Assembly: GCA_949746285.1 (NCBI GenBank)
Contig: CATJZH010000135.1
Location: 1 to 34,684, forward strand
Direction: 5' to 3'
Origin: an uncultured Clostridia bacterium
GTDB lineage: Bacteria; Bacillota; Clostridia; TANB77; CAG-508
DNA: 34,684 bases
Below are positions 27,901 to 34,375 of the stretch, piece after piece. Position numbers and translations under genes: made by a program. The first letter of the stretch is position 1. Each line of letters starts with the position of its first letter. Under the pieces are notes generated by a model. The model saw nothing but the letters and a program-made list of their open reading frames with translations, was not told the origin of the DNA and did not search any database.

Positions 27901-30726
27901 ATATTTGCAACCAAACCAAGTGACACGGTTCCAGAATATTGTGAATATGTAAAATCTAGTGAAGTAACAAGTGGAAAATATGCAGAAGAAACACAAGAGG
28001 TAATATATTATTATAGACTAAAAGATTATGAATATAAAATAGAATACTATTATAATAATATAAAAGATGAAGAAAAGACAGAAACAAGAATAGCAACTTA
28101 TGGAACAAGTATAGAAGAATTTTCTAATAAAATGAAATATGGATATAAATATGAAAAAGCAGAAAACTTCCCATTAAAGGTATCTGAAGTTTTGGAAAAC
28201 AATATAATAAAAATACATTATATTCCAGATGAAGCTAATACAAAAGATTTATTTTATACAGTAGAATTTTATAAGGATAATGAAAAAATAGATAAAGATA
28301 CACAAATAGAAAAACAAGAAGTACAAGTATTAGAGGCAGACATTTTGAAAGTAAACAAGGAAAATATAAATATAACAGATAAATATAATGGATATAAGCT
28401 AGATAAAATAGAATATAAAGAAGAGACATCAGTAGAGTTACCAAATGAAGTTGATAATGAATCAGTAATAAAAGTGTACTATGTATTAAAAGATGCAAAA
28501 CTTACAGTAAAATATGTAGATAAATTTACAAATGAAGAGATATCAGACAAAATTGAAAAAACAGGAAAGTTTTTTGAGAAGTATGATATATCTGAAGATG
28601 AGAAAGAAATAGAAGGGTACACCATAATTGAAAGACCCGAAGAATTAACGGGTATATTAGGAGAAGAAGAGGAAAAGATATTCTATTATGCAAAAAATAC
28701 TAATGTTATAGTAAAATACTTAGAAAAAGATGAGACACCAGAAAACAATATGGACAATAAAATATTAGCAGAAGAAATAATTATAAATGGATATGAAGGA
28801 AAAGAGTATAAAACAGAACAAAAAGAAATAGAAAACTATACATTTGTAGAAAGCACAGAAAATACATCTGGTATAATGATCAAAGATAGAGTAGAGGTAA
28901 TTTATTATTACTTACAAAATACAAAAGTAATAGTAAATTATATAGATAAAACAACTGGAGAAAAATTAGAAACAATAGAAAAAGATGGAGTAGCTGGAGA
29001 TACATTTATAGGAGTGGCAAAAGATTTTGAAAATTATGTATTAATAGAAAGACCAGAAAATGAAACTGTTACAATGGAAAAAGAAGAAATTGTTTTAAAC
29101 TACTATTATGTACATATATCAAAAGGATTAGTAGAAAAACATATTGATATAACAACAAATGAAATATTAGACAGTGTAGAGTATGAAGGAAATGTTGGAG
29201 ATGAATATGAAACATCACCAAAAGAATTTGAAGGTTATGATCTTGTAAAAGATAAATTGCCAGAAAATGCAAAAGGAATATTAACATTAGATGGAATAGA
29301 AGTAAAATACTATTATGTAAGAAATTTATCTGTGAAAGTAGAATACATCGATAAAATAACAGATGAAAAGATATTAGAAGCAAATGGAAAAGATAGTACA
29401 ATAATTATTGAAGGACATGAAGGCGATACTTATAAAACAGAAGAAAAACAATTTAATGATTATGTAATTGTTGCAGAAATGTACCCAGAAAATACAGAAG
29501 GGACAATGAAAACAGTTATAAATTCAAACGGAACAATAGATACAGAGATAATAGTAAGATATTATTATGTACATGTATCTGCGGGTGTTATAGAAAGACA
29601 TATTGATGTAAAAACAGGTAAATTGATTGAAAAAGAAACATTATATAATGGTAATGAAGGAGATAAATATAAAACACAATCAAAAGAATTTGAAGATTAT
29701 GACATTGTAGAAGATAATTTACCAAATAACGCAGAAGGAATAATGACAAAAGAAGAAATAATTGTTAATTACTATTATGAAAGAAAAATGAAAGTTGTAG
29801 TAGAGTACATAGAAAAAATGACTGAAATAGTAATGGATACAGAAACAATTTTTGGACATGAAGGTGATATATATGAAACAAAAGAAAAAGAATATAAGGG
29901 ATATAAATTAACTGAAGTAACGTCAAATACATATGGTGAAATGAAATTATCAGAAGCAGAAGACGGAACAATATATGTAAAATATTATTATGCAAGAGAA
30001 TCAGCAGGAGTAAAAGAAGAACATATTGATATAAGAACAGGAAAAGTTTTAGATGAAAGTGTATATAATGGATATGAAGGAGATGAATATGAGACATTTT
30101 CAAAACAGATTAAAGGCTATAAGGTTATGGAATCTAAATATCCAGAAAATGCAAAAGGACAGATGACAAAAGAAGAAATAATAGTAAAATATTATTATAC
30201 AAAGCAAGCAAAAGTAATAGTTCAATATATAGACAATGAAACAAAATCTAAAATAGTTGAAGATATTACAATAGATGGATATGAAGGAAAAAGATATGAA
30301 ACAGAAGTAAAAGTGTTTGATGGATATAAGTTGTTTAGTAAGCCAGAAAATGCAGAAGGTAAAATGCAAGTAATAGAGACAGATGACGGAGAATTAGAAA
30401 CAATAACATATGTAAGATATTACTATACAAAAGTGGCGGAAGAAAATAAAGTATCAGAAAAGCAGGAACATATAACAAATATTTATAATAATATATCAAA
30501 TAATAATCCAAATCCATCAGGAAATTCGACAAATGTAAATGGTAAAGAAGATTTACCTAATAAACAGGAAGTAAAATCTGATAATAATGTATCAGAGAGA
30601 ACACCAGGCACAGGAGATATGTTACCTATAGTAACTTTAGGAACAATTGTGTTAGTAATAGTATTAAATATATTGTATAGTACAGTAAAAGTATTTAAAG
30701 GTAGCAAAAAGAAATTTATTAAATAA
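18970..30726 (+). CDS. Giant (3918 aa) mosaic cell-surface adhesin
   Basis: Single uninterrupted ORF with RBS ggagg. N-terminal signal-anchor. CnaB/SpaA-type repeats (~21871-23275). About 13 SBBP-like beta-propeller repeats (23311-25575). One InlB-B-repeat-like module. Two tandem copies of an unnamed ~120-aa module (26101-26850). At least 12 MucBP-like repeats (27049-30432). Asn-rich linker. C-terminal TPGTG motif, then a hydrophobic helix and the basic tail KGSKKKFIK. Confidence 0.85.
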   Translation: MEKKFMINFSRKQKVSIFIIFTIIVLFIIGVLNYKDNKTNSIAANSEMARTLTYAEAQDGDEDIKNTENVKFDAFFLQDLDGDGNAEKIRGTCKEVGKEDTLYMELKVQTEGYLENARIEINGKNFYLQTSLPKDSELKYNYIGNNIKELEFNTINSGSQKVITGIVRSGDYNYDSRIADAIGNNINKYSKVNDVKLTGTYVGQDGARTYIEKNVEFNVDWYGTIDTNIYSTSQNRNITEMINKEEGTISFNFDIYTEDREEKLLLKSNHIEGEIPEINGYLPIEVKYLGKNDRFNYDETTRKFIIDRETEIIHDEVLKTTMDSRNKYEMKIVYSIEAYESVGKESIQLQIPVKTYYKGYNNPNIEFNNPYISNIESSTIVLDCNVPPTVTDQTYRTNFNVKVGRYIWNDMSYLVLKDKPLNLYNGNSEEENDDTYKVMWKVFIGTEEKLDSIIMKETANGEEKQSDKFIKKDSTIESMEDVTSNVGIYFYGADTILGDDGWIKIYDDETDTLLETFTKDTWNKYKEENPYRYELPVKHIRIETSKAIKNESYLTVYNIKELDDEKIIQKYEKNEFDGLQHISSRLVGYVGNTEIEKVSHTAKYVAPESEATVFISRDKLSTQESEKNIDIYIQTIADDNKNEVRWKNGSFLLRLPEELIDVKLNEISINNTNVSLESYELVKENGQYFIKILTENETPQTYTIRINLDLTANPRMSTATRNIELYATNEKNSDYYYKTSDIYDVNNNLNTEEQVYYNIVSISMISPNSLLTTQIASNYDENGSIALAPQIIELEYRYDLENEKTVDIGIDVINNYSNTISEVSIIGKIPFEGNTFVLSKNNLNSEFSTRMTEDGLRIPEAMKDEIKVYYSENENPDKDLSKAENGWKTKDEVKNWDTIKSFFIDFQNYIMDIGEKVEFGYTIKIPKKTELNKTSYSHHGIEFCLDTEQGKYRTSIEPNKLGIRLTKKYNFELQKYQENKEKLISKVKYSIKEISIDKDGNEKQEVIKTDVTNSEGKIQLSNLAVEKIYEVKEIKAPEDYELNSDAIRFICHMNEDGSITIEKLNGETREEIAIEKDEVNNYKVVLKLEDKVKARLKITKKELGTENRVEKAYYKVTGEGLPQGGKILSTNKDGELTFVGLSIGEEYVLQEVKVSGYYLSSPVTFKILKQDESYEVEILDGEVLKESFSEEDNIPVLNIVLEDEKIPTYNLEVTKIKRIEETTLSKTVEENSSTEETTYLEGAKFKLYKGKQEIGEYVTDSTGKITITGLYLYEEGRNINQTYTLKEVSAPQGYTKVKDITFRVQNNNGSLQYIEELSSGQTEKAYTVEENTVKLIIEDTPAFKLVKKDFETKMPVANVKFAIYNVDVEEVPAKNNKNEILGTKEIVNGKEYYTLTTNENGEIIAELPEGIYKAVEIEAPEKYDVTDTIQYFGIGTSIEGNKSLEKIWSKEILTNSGDQIVSAKETSDGGIIIAGNFRSNIIDLGNDVILTKKVATYYTAGMVIKYSQDKEVEWAKAIESDSNVYINSVNETTEGNILVGGSFNGRGMIAEYSSKGEEIWGNLTIGIDISFIQGTADKGIVIAGELKDYCKDFGIEPIGKNNGFIAKYDNSKELQWAKVVGGSKSDYINSLSETSDGGILVGGYFTSSEIELEENVVLENTSSCNGMIIKYNTLGSVDWTKTIGGSDTRIKSVQETNDNGYIVAGYFRSQTLDLGNGTILEKVSGYNTEMVIKYDMALNVEWAKTEGEGINIFIEEADDNGFVLYNGSIIKYNSIGEIEWKKEIKSNVNSLLELTSSECLIIEDKAISKYSFCDIPEVKVERRENADISIESMINNGISGYIAGGYFEDTIDLGNGIILESNGGLDAAIIKYSSMGNVEWARTIGGEEVEQINYITSTSDNGVIAVGYFTSLSIDLGNNIFLDLTDDDLTRMVIKFNSNGETEWAKAIGNSWSDKIDSVLETKDGGILVSGQFYADQIDLEDGIVLERKNEEAGMIIKYDAKGKLEWANTVEISSRNGIDTIIETKDGGYAITGNFSHGTYDLGNGVVLNCAGARAGMLIKCDSNGNIQWAKAIGGEKENELLSIVETSDGGYIVSGYLGTGKIDFGNGIVLNGSNNYYSGMLIKFSNLGEVEWARNSEEVNSILQDSDGGIVVSTFSGLFKYSTEGKLEWSNDFETTSAIRIFDGTYLVSNYGEVLRVRAGIGISETQELIVENKRKEFAISTGVKKIGETKGGDISGENLKVYERVKYGDNSKKEIIMTPDKGYEIIAITVNGEKHVFTQNEDGTYTMPVIQNITEDQYIEVSYGIKYEDIIDDKNNNIIVINKIDSKTKEPIPEVTFKIEEVKKREGLENAIGNPVGNGRGVQGVDYKNPENIEETMVQNGDYYFIENNGTYIPNNSDTQGTVANSYIPIDLRNKDKEYAVVVNGEMECDGNALLYASISGDTNAPGWGNIMDVRYSAAAQNYYIYLPPGNLYYLHLGYENSTNNLSNVKINSIQVCPVKEIAYEFIEKDGKYEPNNKGIDDTCANSYIPIDLSGCTGKYNLTINAQVSSDLDGDIGYMSITESPYRIDYRNAEICLSGNVEAKDYNFELSGGKIYYLQLGYYKNSYYSWGDDSLIINSLNLTPIDSSEYSIEVQTNSEGKAIAQIPFGTYNIKEIAAPEKYLLADEIMTIDFALDGQKEFTIENTVASEVIAHHYKANRNAEGNYEYTEEKIVEDNITRGKVGEKYITAPKLDLEKYELIKDENGNYDIPKNATGTYGEDTIEVNYYYAEKEIPLTVYHYIEGTNIKVPLMDGTEAEEEVSYGKEGEEYVTNGLANDRLSNEYELVEEAENKSGVYKVTEVFVTYYYKKIERNITIVKYAEDGQTPLQGTKFKIKPKNQEEATEETYVTDVQGKIRITLEAGEYELIEVEPSEGYMLPENPITNINVTRETEDETKITLTNERARGQVIVHYYLEGTTEKIIEDEIKTGVIGEIFATKPSDTVPEYCEYVKSSEVTSGKYAEETQEVIYYYRLKDYEYKIEYYYNNIKDEEKTETRIATYGTSIEEFSNKMKYGYKYEKAENFPLKVSEVLENNIIKIHYIPDEANTKDLFYTVEFYKDNEKIDKDTQIEKQEVQVLEADILKVNKENINITDKYNGYKLDKIEYKEETSVELPNEVDNESVIKVYYVLKDAKLTVKYVDKFTNEEISDKIEKTGKFFEKYDISEDEKEIEGYTIIERPEELTGILGEEEEKIFYYAKNTNVIVKYLEKDETPENNMDNKILAEEIIINGYEGKEYKTEQKEIENYTFVESTENTSGIMIKDRVEVIYYYLQNTKVIVNYIDKTTGEKLETIEKDGVAGDTFIGVAKDFENYVLIERPENETVTMEKEEIVLNYYYVHISKGLVEKHIDITTNEILDSVEYEGNVGDEYETSPKEFEGYDLVKDKLPENAKGILTLDGIEVKYYYVRNLSVKVEYIDKITDEKILEANGKDSTIIIEGHEGDTYKTEEKQFNDYVIVAEMYPENTEGTMKTVINSNGTIDTEIIVRYYYVHVSAGVIERHIDVKTGKLIEKETLYNGNEGDKYKTQSKEFEDYDIVEDNLPNNAEGIMTKEEIIVNYYYERKMKVVVEYIEKMTEIVMDTETIFGHEGDIYETKEKEYKGYKLTEVTSNTYGEMKLSEAEDGTIYVKYYYARESAGVKEEHIDIRTGKVLDESVYNGYEGDEYETFSKQIKGYKVMESKYPENAKGQMTKEEIIVKYYYTKQAKVIVQYIDNETKSKIVEDITIDGYEGKRYETEVKVFDGYKLFSKPENAEGKMQVIETDDGELETITYVRYYYTKVAEENKVSEKQEHITNIYNNISNNNPNPSGNSTNVNGKEDLPNKQEVKSDNNVSERTPGTGDMLPIVTLGTIVLVIVLNILYSTVKVFKGSKKKFIK
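23311..25575 (+). repeat. About 13 tandem ~55-65 aa beta-propeller-type (SBBP-like) repeats at protein level
   Basis: The recurring unit is W(A/S)K(A/T)IGG...(I/V)xxxxET(S/K)DGG(Y/I)(I/L)VxGxFxSxxIDLGNGxxL...GM(I/L)IKYxxxGxxE. Confidence 0.7.
27049..30432 (+). repeat. MucBP-like repeat array; from about 28921 it becomes an alternating A-B two-domain super-repeat (~145 aa)
   Basis: Each unit ends in (V/I)x(V/Y)YY(Y/V). Type A units start KV(I/V)VxYI(D/E)K. Type B units start (A/K)G(V/L)xExHIDxxTxxxL and carry EGDEYxT...GY. A and B alternate for at least three and a half cycles. Confidence 0.7.
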
Positions 30727-30737
30727 TTGAAATGAAG

Positions 30738-30776
30738 AAATCCAAGTTTAATTTAAAAGTTAAACTTGGATTTTTT
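30738..30776 (+). terminator. Rho-independent terminator after the giant adhesin gene
   Basis: Perfect 14-bp stem, aaatccaagtttaa (30738-30751) with ttaaacttggattt (30760-30773). The T-run extends to 30776. Confidence 0.85.
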
Positions 30777-30831
30777 AAGTAATATTTTTTGTGCCCGCTT
30801 TTCTTGATTGTTACAAGATATAGTACAATTT

Positions 30832-30900
30832 ATTCAAAATATGCACAATAAAGCACTCAAAAAACGCACAACAAAACACTCAAAAAACGCACAATATATA
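30832..30900 (+). repeat. Three tandem 23-bp direct repeats (iteron-like) abutting the -35 of the ATPase gene promoter
   Basis: R0 attcaaaatatgcacaataaagc (30832-30854). R1 actcaaaaaacgcacaacaaaac (30855-30877). R2 actcaaaaaacgcacaatatata (30878-30900). The GCACAA cores are spaced exactly 23 bp apart. R1 and R2 are identical over 17 nt. Confidence 0.7.
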
Positions 30901-30929
30901 TTGAAAAAAATAAAAGAATATGTTATTCT
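30901..30929 (+). promoter_or_regulatory. Candidate promoter of the ATPase gene
   Basis: TTGAAA (30901-30906), 17-bp spacer, TATTCT (30924-30929), with an extended -10 TG at 30921-30922. Confidence 0.35.
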
Positions 30930-30947
30930 AGAAAAGAGGTGAATATA

Positions 30948-32228
30948 ATGAAATTAACAAAAAAAGATTACATACCAAGATTAATAGATAAATCAATAGA
31001 AGAAAATTTAGAGATTTTTGGAGCAGTAAGTATTGAAGGCCCAAAGTGGTGTGGAAAAACTTGGACTGCACTAAATCATTCTAATAGTGTTATATACTTA
31101 AACAATACAGCAGATAATTTTAGAGAAAAGCATTTGGCAGAAATGGACGTAAATTTAGTTTTAGACAAAGAAGCACCAGAACTTATAGATGAATGGCAGG
31201 AAGTTCCAGCAATATGGGATGCAGTGAGATTTAAATGCGATCAAGATAAGGAAAAAGGCAAATATATTTTAACAGGTTCGAGTGTTCCAGTAAGTGATAA
31301 AATACATCATTCTGGAGCGGGAAGAATCTGTAAAATGAAGATGCGTACAATGTCTTTGTATGAATCAGGAGATTCTAGTGGAGAAGTTTCTTTAAAAGAA
31401 TTGTTTGAAGGTAAGGTTAAAAATAAATTAGTAAATAAAGTAGAATTGCAAAGAATAGCGGAGTTAATTGTAAGAGGGGGATGGCCAGAAAGTATTAATA
31501 TTAGCGTTGATGGAGCAATGAAGATAACAAAGAGTTATATTGAAGCAGTATTAGATAAAGATATTGTGGCTATAGATGGTGTGAAAAGAGATAAAACAAA
31601 AATGGAAATGCTACTAAGATCTCTAGCAAGAAACGAAAGTACTATTTCATCAAATAATATATTAATAAAAGATATAGATGATAATGTTACTGAAGAAAGA
31701 ACTAGCATAAGTAAAAATACAGTCGCAGACTATTTAAACATATTAAATAGATTACATTTAATAGAAAATCAAAATTCTTTTATGTATAAAATACGTTCAA
31801 GATTGAATGTAGGAAAAAATCCTAAAAGACATTTTGTAGATCCATCATTAGGATGTGCAATTTTAAATATCACTCCAGAAAAATTGATAAACCAATTAGA
31901 TACTTTTGGATTATATTTTGAAGCTTTATGCGAAAGAGATTTAAAAATATATGCTGAAAGCATAGGTGCAAAATTGTATCATTATAGAGAAAATGATACA
32001 GGTGTAGAGGTTGATGCAATAGTAGAAATTGCAGATGGAGAATATGGAGCGATAGAAATAAAATTAGGTGCGAATAAAGAAGAAGAGGCAGTAGCAAGTT
32101 TAAAAAGATTTTATGAGTTAGCTGAGATTAAGCCTAAATTTATGTGTGTAATTTGTGGATTATATGATGCAGTTGTAAAAAGACCAGATGGAATTTATGT
32201 TTTACCAATTACAGCATTAAAACCATAA
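30948..32228 (+). CDS. AAA-type ATPase with a DUF4143-like C-terminal domain (COG1373 family)
   Basis: Walker A-like GPKWCGKT. Walker B-like LIDEWQ. The C-terminal DxxxExxxK-type region (VEVDAIVE...AIEIKLG) resembles the restriction-endonuclease-like DUF4143 fold. I moved the start to ATG 30948 (MKLTKKDY), 6 nt after the RBS agaggtg, because the track's GTG at 30939 lies inside that RBS. Confidence 0.78.
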   Translation: MKLTKKDYIPRLIDKSIEENLEIFGAVSIEGPKWCGKTWTALNHSNSVIYLNNTADNFREKHLAEMDVNLVLDKEAPELIDEWQEVPAIWDAVRFKCDQDKEKGKYILTGSSVPVSDKIHHSGAGRICKMKMRTMSLYESGDSSGEVSLKELFEGKVKNKLVNKVELQRIAELIVRGGWPESINISVDGAMKITKSYIEAVLDKDIVAIDGVKRDKTKMEMLLRSLARNESTISSNNILIKDIDDNVTEERTSISKNTVADYLNILNRLHLIENQNSFMYKIRSRLNVGKNPKRHFVDPSLGCAILNITPEKLINQLDTFGLYFEALCERDLKIYAESIGAKLYHYRENDTGVEVDAIVEIADGEYGAIEIKLGANKEEEAVASLKRFYELAEIKPKFMCVICGLYDAVVKRPDGIYVLPITALKP

Positions 32229-32271
32229 ATTTAAAATTATTGTTAAAATTACAACAAAGGAATAATTAGGA

Positions 32272-33258
32272 ATGGGAAGAAAAAGTAATAGAAAAATAGA
32301 AAATCAAATAAAAAGAGTAATTGTTTTAGTAATTATTTTACTGGTATTAGCTGTAGCAAGCAAAAATGGAATACTAGAAAACATTGAAAAAGATTTAACT
32401 CAAATTGGAATTTTAGAGACTGTAGGAGAAGTAAAACAAAATCAAGAAGTAGATACTAAAATATCAGAAAATATAGTATTAGACAAAAATAAATTAAATA
32501 TATTATTTTTTGATGTAGGACAAGCAGATTCTGAACTAATTTTTTATAATGGAAAAACAATTTTAATAGATTCTGGAAATACTAATGATGGAGAAAATAT
32601 TGTAAATGGAATTAAATCATTAGGAATATCAAAATTAGATTATGTAATAGGAACACATGTACATGAGGATCATATAGGTGGCATGAGTTATATTGTAGAT
32701 GAAATTGAAATAGGAAATTTTTATTTACCATATAATACAAAAACTACATCAAGTTATTATAAAAGATTATTAAATTCCCTTACTGAAAAAAATATAGGAA
32801 TAGAAGAAGCTACAGTTGGAGATAAAATTCAAATAGATGACCTTATATGTGAAATTATGTCAGTTGATAATGAAGAGCCTGAAGATGCAAATGATGCTTC
32901 AATTGTGACACAAATTACTTATGGAGAATTAAAATATTTATTTATGGGAGATGCTACATCAAGAAACGAAAATAGTAGAGAATGGGAAGATGTAGATATA
33001 CTTAAAGTTGGTCATCATGGTTCAAATACAAGCAGTACAGAAAGATTTTTAAAGCAAACTTTAGCAGAAATAGCTATAATACCAGTAGGAAAAGAAAATA
33101 GTTATGGTTTACCTAAACAGGAAATCTTAAATAGATTAAATAACTTGGGAAGTAAAATTTATAGAACAGATATTGATGGAACAATACAAATTTTAAGTGA
33201 TGGAAAAACAAATGAAGTTATAAAAATAGATGTGAGTTTTGATGGAAGTGAAGAATAG
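32272..33258 (+). CDS. Membrane-anchored metallo-beta-lactamase fold hydrolase (ComEC C-terminal domain-like)
   Basis: 328 aa. N-terminal TM helix. HxHxDH motif (THVHEDHIGG). Later GDA and VGHHGS motifs typical of the ComEC/Rec2-related MBL domain. Paired with a DUF3006 gene. Confidence 0.8.
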   Translation: MGRKSNRKIENQIKRVIVLVIILLVLAVASKNGILENIEKDLTQIGILETVGEVKQNQEVDTKISENIVLDKNKLNILFFDVGQADSELIFYNGKTILIDSGNTNDGENIVNGIKSLGISKLDYVIGTHVHEDHIGGMSYIVDEIEIGNFYLPYNTKTTSSYYKRLLNSLTEKNIGIEEATVGDKIQIDDLICEIMSVDNEEPEDANDASIVTQITYGELKYLFMGDATSRNENSREWEDVDILKVGHHGSNTSSTERFLKQTLAEIAIIPVGKENSYGLPKQEILNRLNNLGSKIYRTDIDGTIQILSDGKTNEVIKIDVSFDGSEE

Positions 33259-33286
33259 GAGTGAGAAATCATTCCTTTATTTTTTC
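33257..33286 (+). terminator. Terminator hairpin overlapping the 3' end of the convergent DUF3006 gene
   Basis: aggagtga (33257-33264) pairs with tcattcct (33269-33276), one G-U pair, loop gaaa, followed by ttatttttt. Confidence 0.5.
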
Positions 33287-33588
33287 TTTTTAAATAAATT
33301 GTTAACTAAACTCTCTATTTCTTTTTGAGTAGCTTTTGTTTTTTCTTCATCTAAAATATATTTATTATTTTCAAATCTTAATATAGAACCTTCTTTACAA
33401 TTGTCGGGTAATAATTCTATAGGAATGTTTAAAAACTCACCAGTTTTTAAATTTTCGCAAACAGCAAAATTTTCTTCAAATCTATCTATCGAAAATGAAG
33501 TGTTTGTTTTTTCTAAGTGTTTTTTTAAATCGTTTGAAAAATTATCATGATTTAAATTATTATTAGCATTTTCTATTTCTAAATTCAT
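33277..33588 (-). CDS. DUF3006 family protein
   Basis: 103 aa. SIDRFEENFAVCE...IPIELLPDNCKEGSIL...ILDEEKTKATQKEIESL matches the DUF3006 pattern, recalled from memory. That family commonly sits next to ComEC-like MBL genes. RBS gggaggtg. Confidence 0.7.
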   Translation of the reverse strand: MNLEIENANNNLNHDNFSNDLKKHLEKTNTSFSIDRFEENFAVCENLKTGEFLNIPIELLPDNCKEGSILRFENNKYILDEEKTKATQKEIESLVNNLFKKKK

Positions 33589-33638
33589 ATTTTCACCTCC
33601 CTTGGAAATTTATTAAATAATAACACAAATTATAGTTG

Positions 33639-33667
33639 TTTACAAATAAAAATTTTATTGATAAAAT
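33639..33667 (+). promoter_or_regulatory. Promoter for the thioredoxin-fold gene
   Basis: TTTACA (33639-33644), 17-bp spacer, TAAAAT (33662-33667), with an extended -10 TG at 33659-33660. Confidence 0.5.
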
Positions 33668-33705
33668 ATCAAAATAGTAGAAATAATAGTATAAAGGAGA
33701 AAATA

Positions 33706-34254
33706 ATGAGTAAGAAAAATATTATTTATCTAATAATATCAATTATTTTAGTTATTATAGCTGTAGTATTTTGTTTATATGTTTTTGTTTTTAGTAATCC
33801 AAATAGAAATAAGGCTTCAGATTTAGAAGTTTCAAAAACAAAAGATATAGAAGATGCTAAATATTCTGATATTACAGTATATAAAGCTGATGGAACAGAA
33901 GTTAAACTTTCAGATTATAAAGATTCTGCTATTGTACTTTTCTTTTTTAATAAAGAATCTGAGGATTCTATGAAAGATTTAGAAAAGTTTGAAGATATGT
34001 ACAAAAACTATGAAGATAAAATTAAGTTTTTCATTATAAATGTAACTCAAGATGTTGACAATGAACTTGAAAATGAGTATTCAATAGAAATATTATATGA
34101 TTTTTATAAAGAAGCAATTAGAAATTATGATATAAAAGAGTACCCATCTATTATTTATATAAATTCAGATAATGACGTTTTTAATGCTAAATCTGGTTTT
34201 ACAACAACAGATGCATTAGAAGCAAATTTAGATATATTATCAAACAATATATAA
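33706..34254 (+). CDS. Membrane-anchored thioredoxin-fold (TlpA/ResA-like) protein lacking the CxxC active site
   Basis: I moved the start to ATG 33706 (MSKKNIIYL), downstream of the RBS aaggag; the track's start at 33658 is a TTG with no RBS. One TM helix. The region VLFFFNKESEDSMKDLEKFEDMY aligns to the FWAxWCxxCxxExP region, with SEDS in place of CxxC. Confidence 0.65.
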   Translation: MSKKNIIYLIISIILVIIAVVFCLYVFVFSNPNRNKASDLEVSKTKDIEDAKYSDITVYKADGTEVKLSDYKDSAIVLFFFNKESEDSMKDLEKFEDMYKNYEDKIKFFIINVTQDVDNELENEYSIEILYDFYKEAIRNYDIKEYPSIIYINSDNDVFNAKSGFTTTDALEANLDILSNNI

Positions 34255-34375
34255 TTATGGTACTTTTATAAAAAGTATAAGATATATTATATAATATATG
34301 AAATCATAAATGCATATTGAATATAATGCAATTTTGGTTCCAAAAAGAATCTGACAAATAAGAATAGAAATTATA

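Noticed and set aside
30841-30942. 33-codon basic ORF (MHNKALKKRTTKHSKNAQYILKKIKEYVILEKR) overlapping the 23-bp iterons.
   Set aside because: There is no RBS. It ends inside the RBS of the ATPase gene. The repeat period (23 bp) is not a multiple of three, so the repetition is at DNA level. It is more likely a regulatory region than a gene.
30939-30947. Track start codons GTG 30939 (ATPase) and TTG 33658 (thioredoxin-fold gene).
   Set aside because: GTG 30939 lies inside the RBS agaggtg that serves ATG 30948. TTG 33658 has no RBS, whereas ATG 33706 follows aaggag at the proper spacing.
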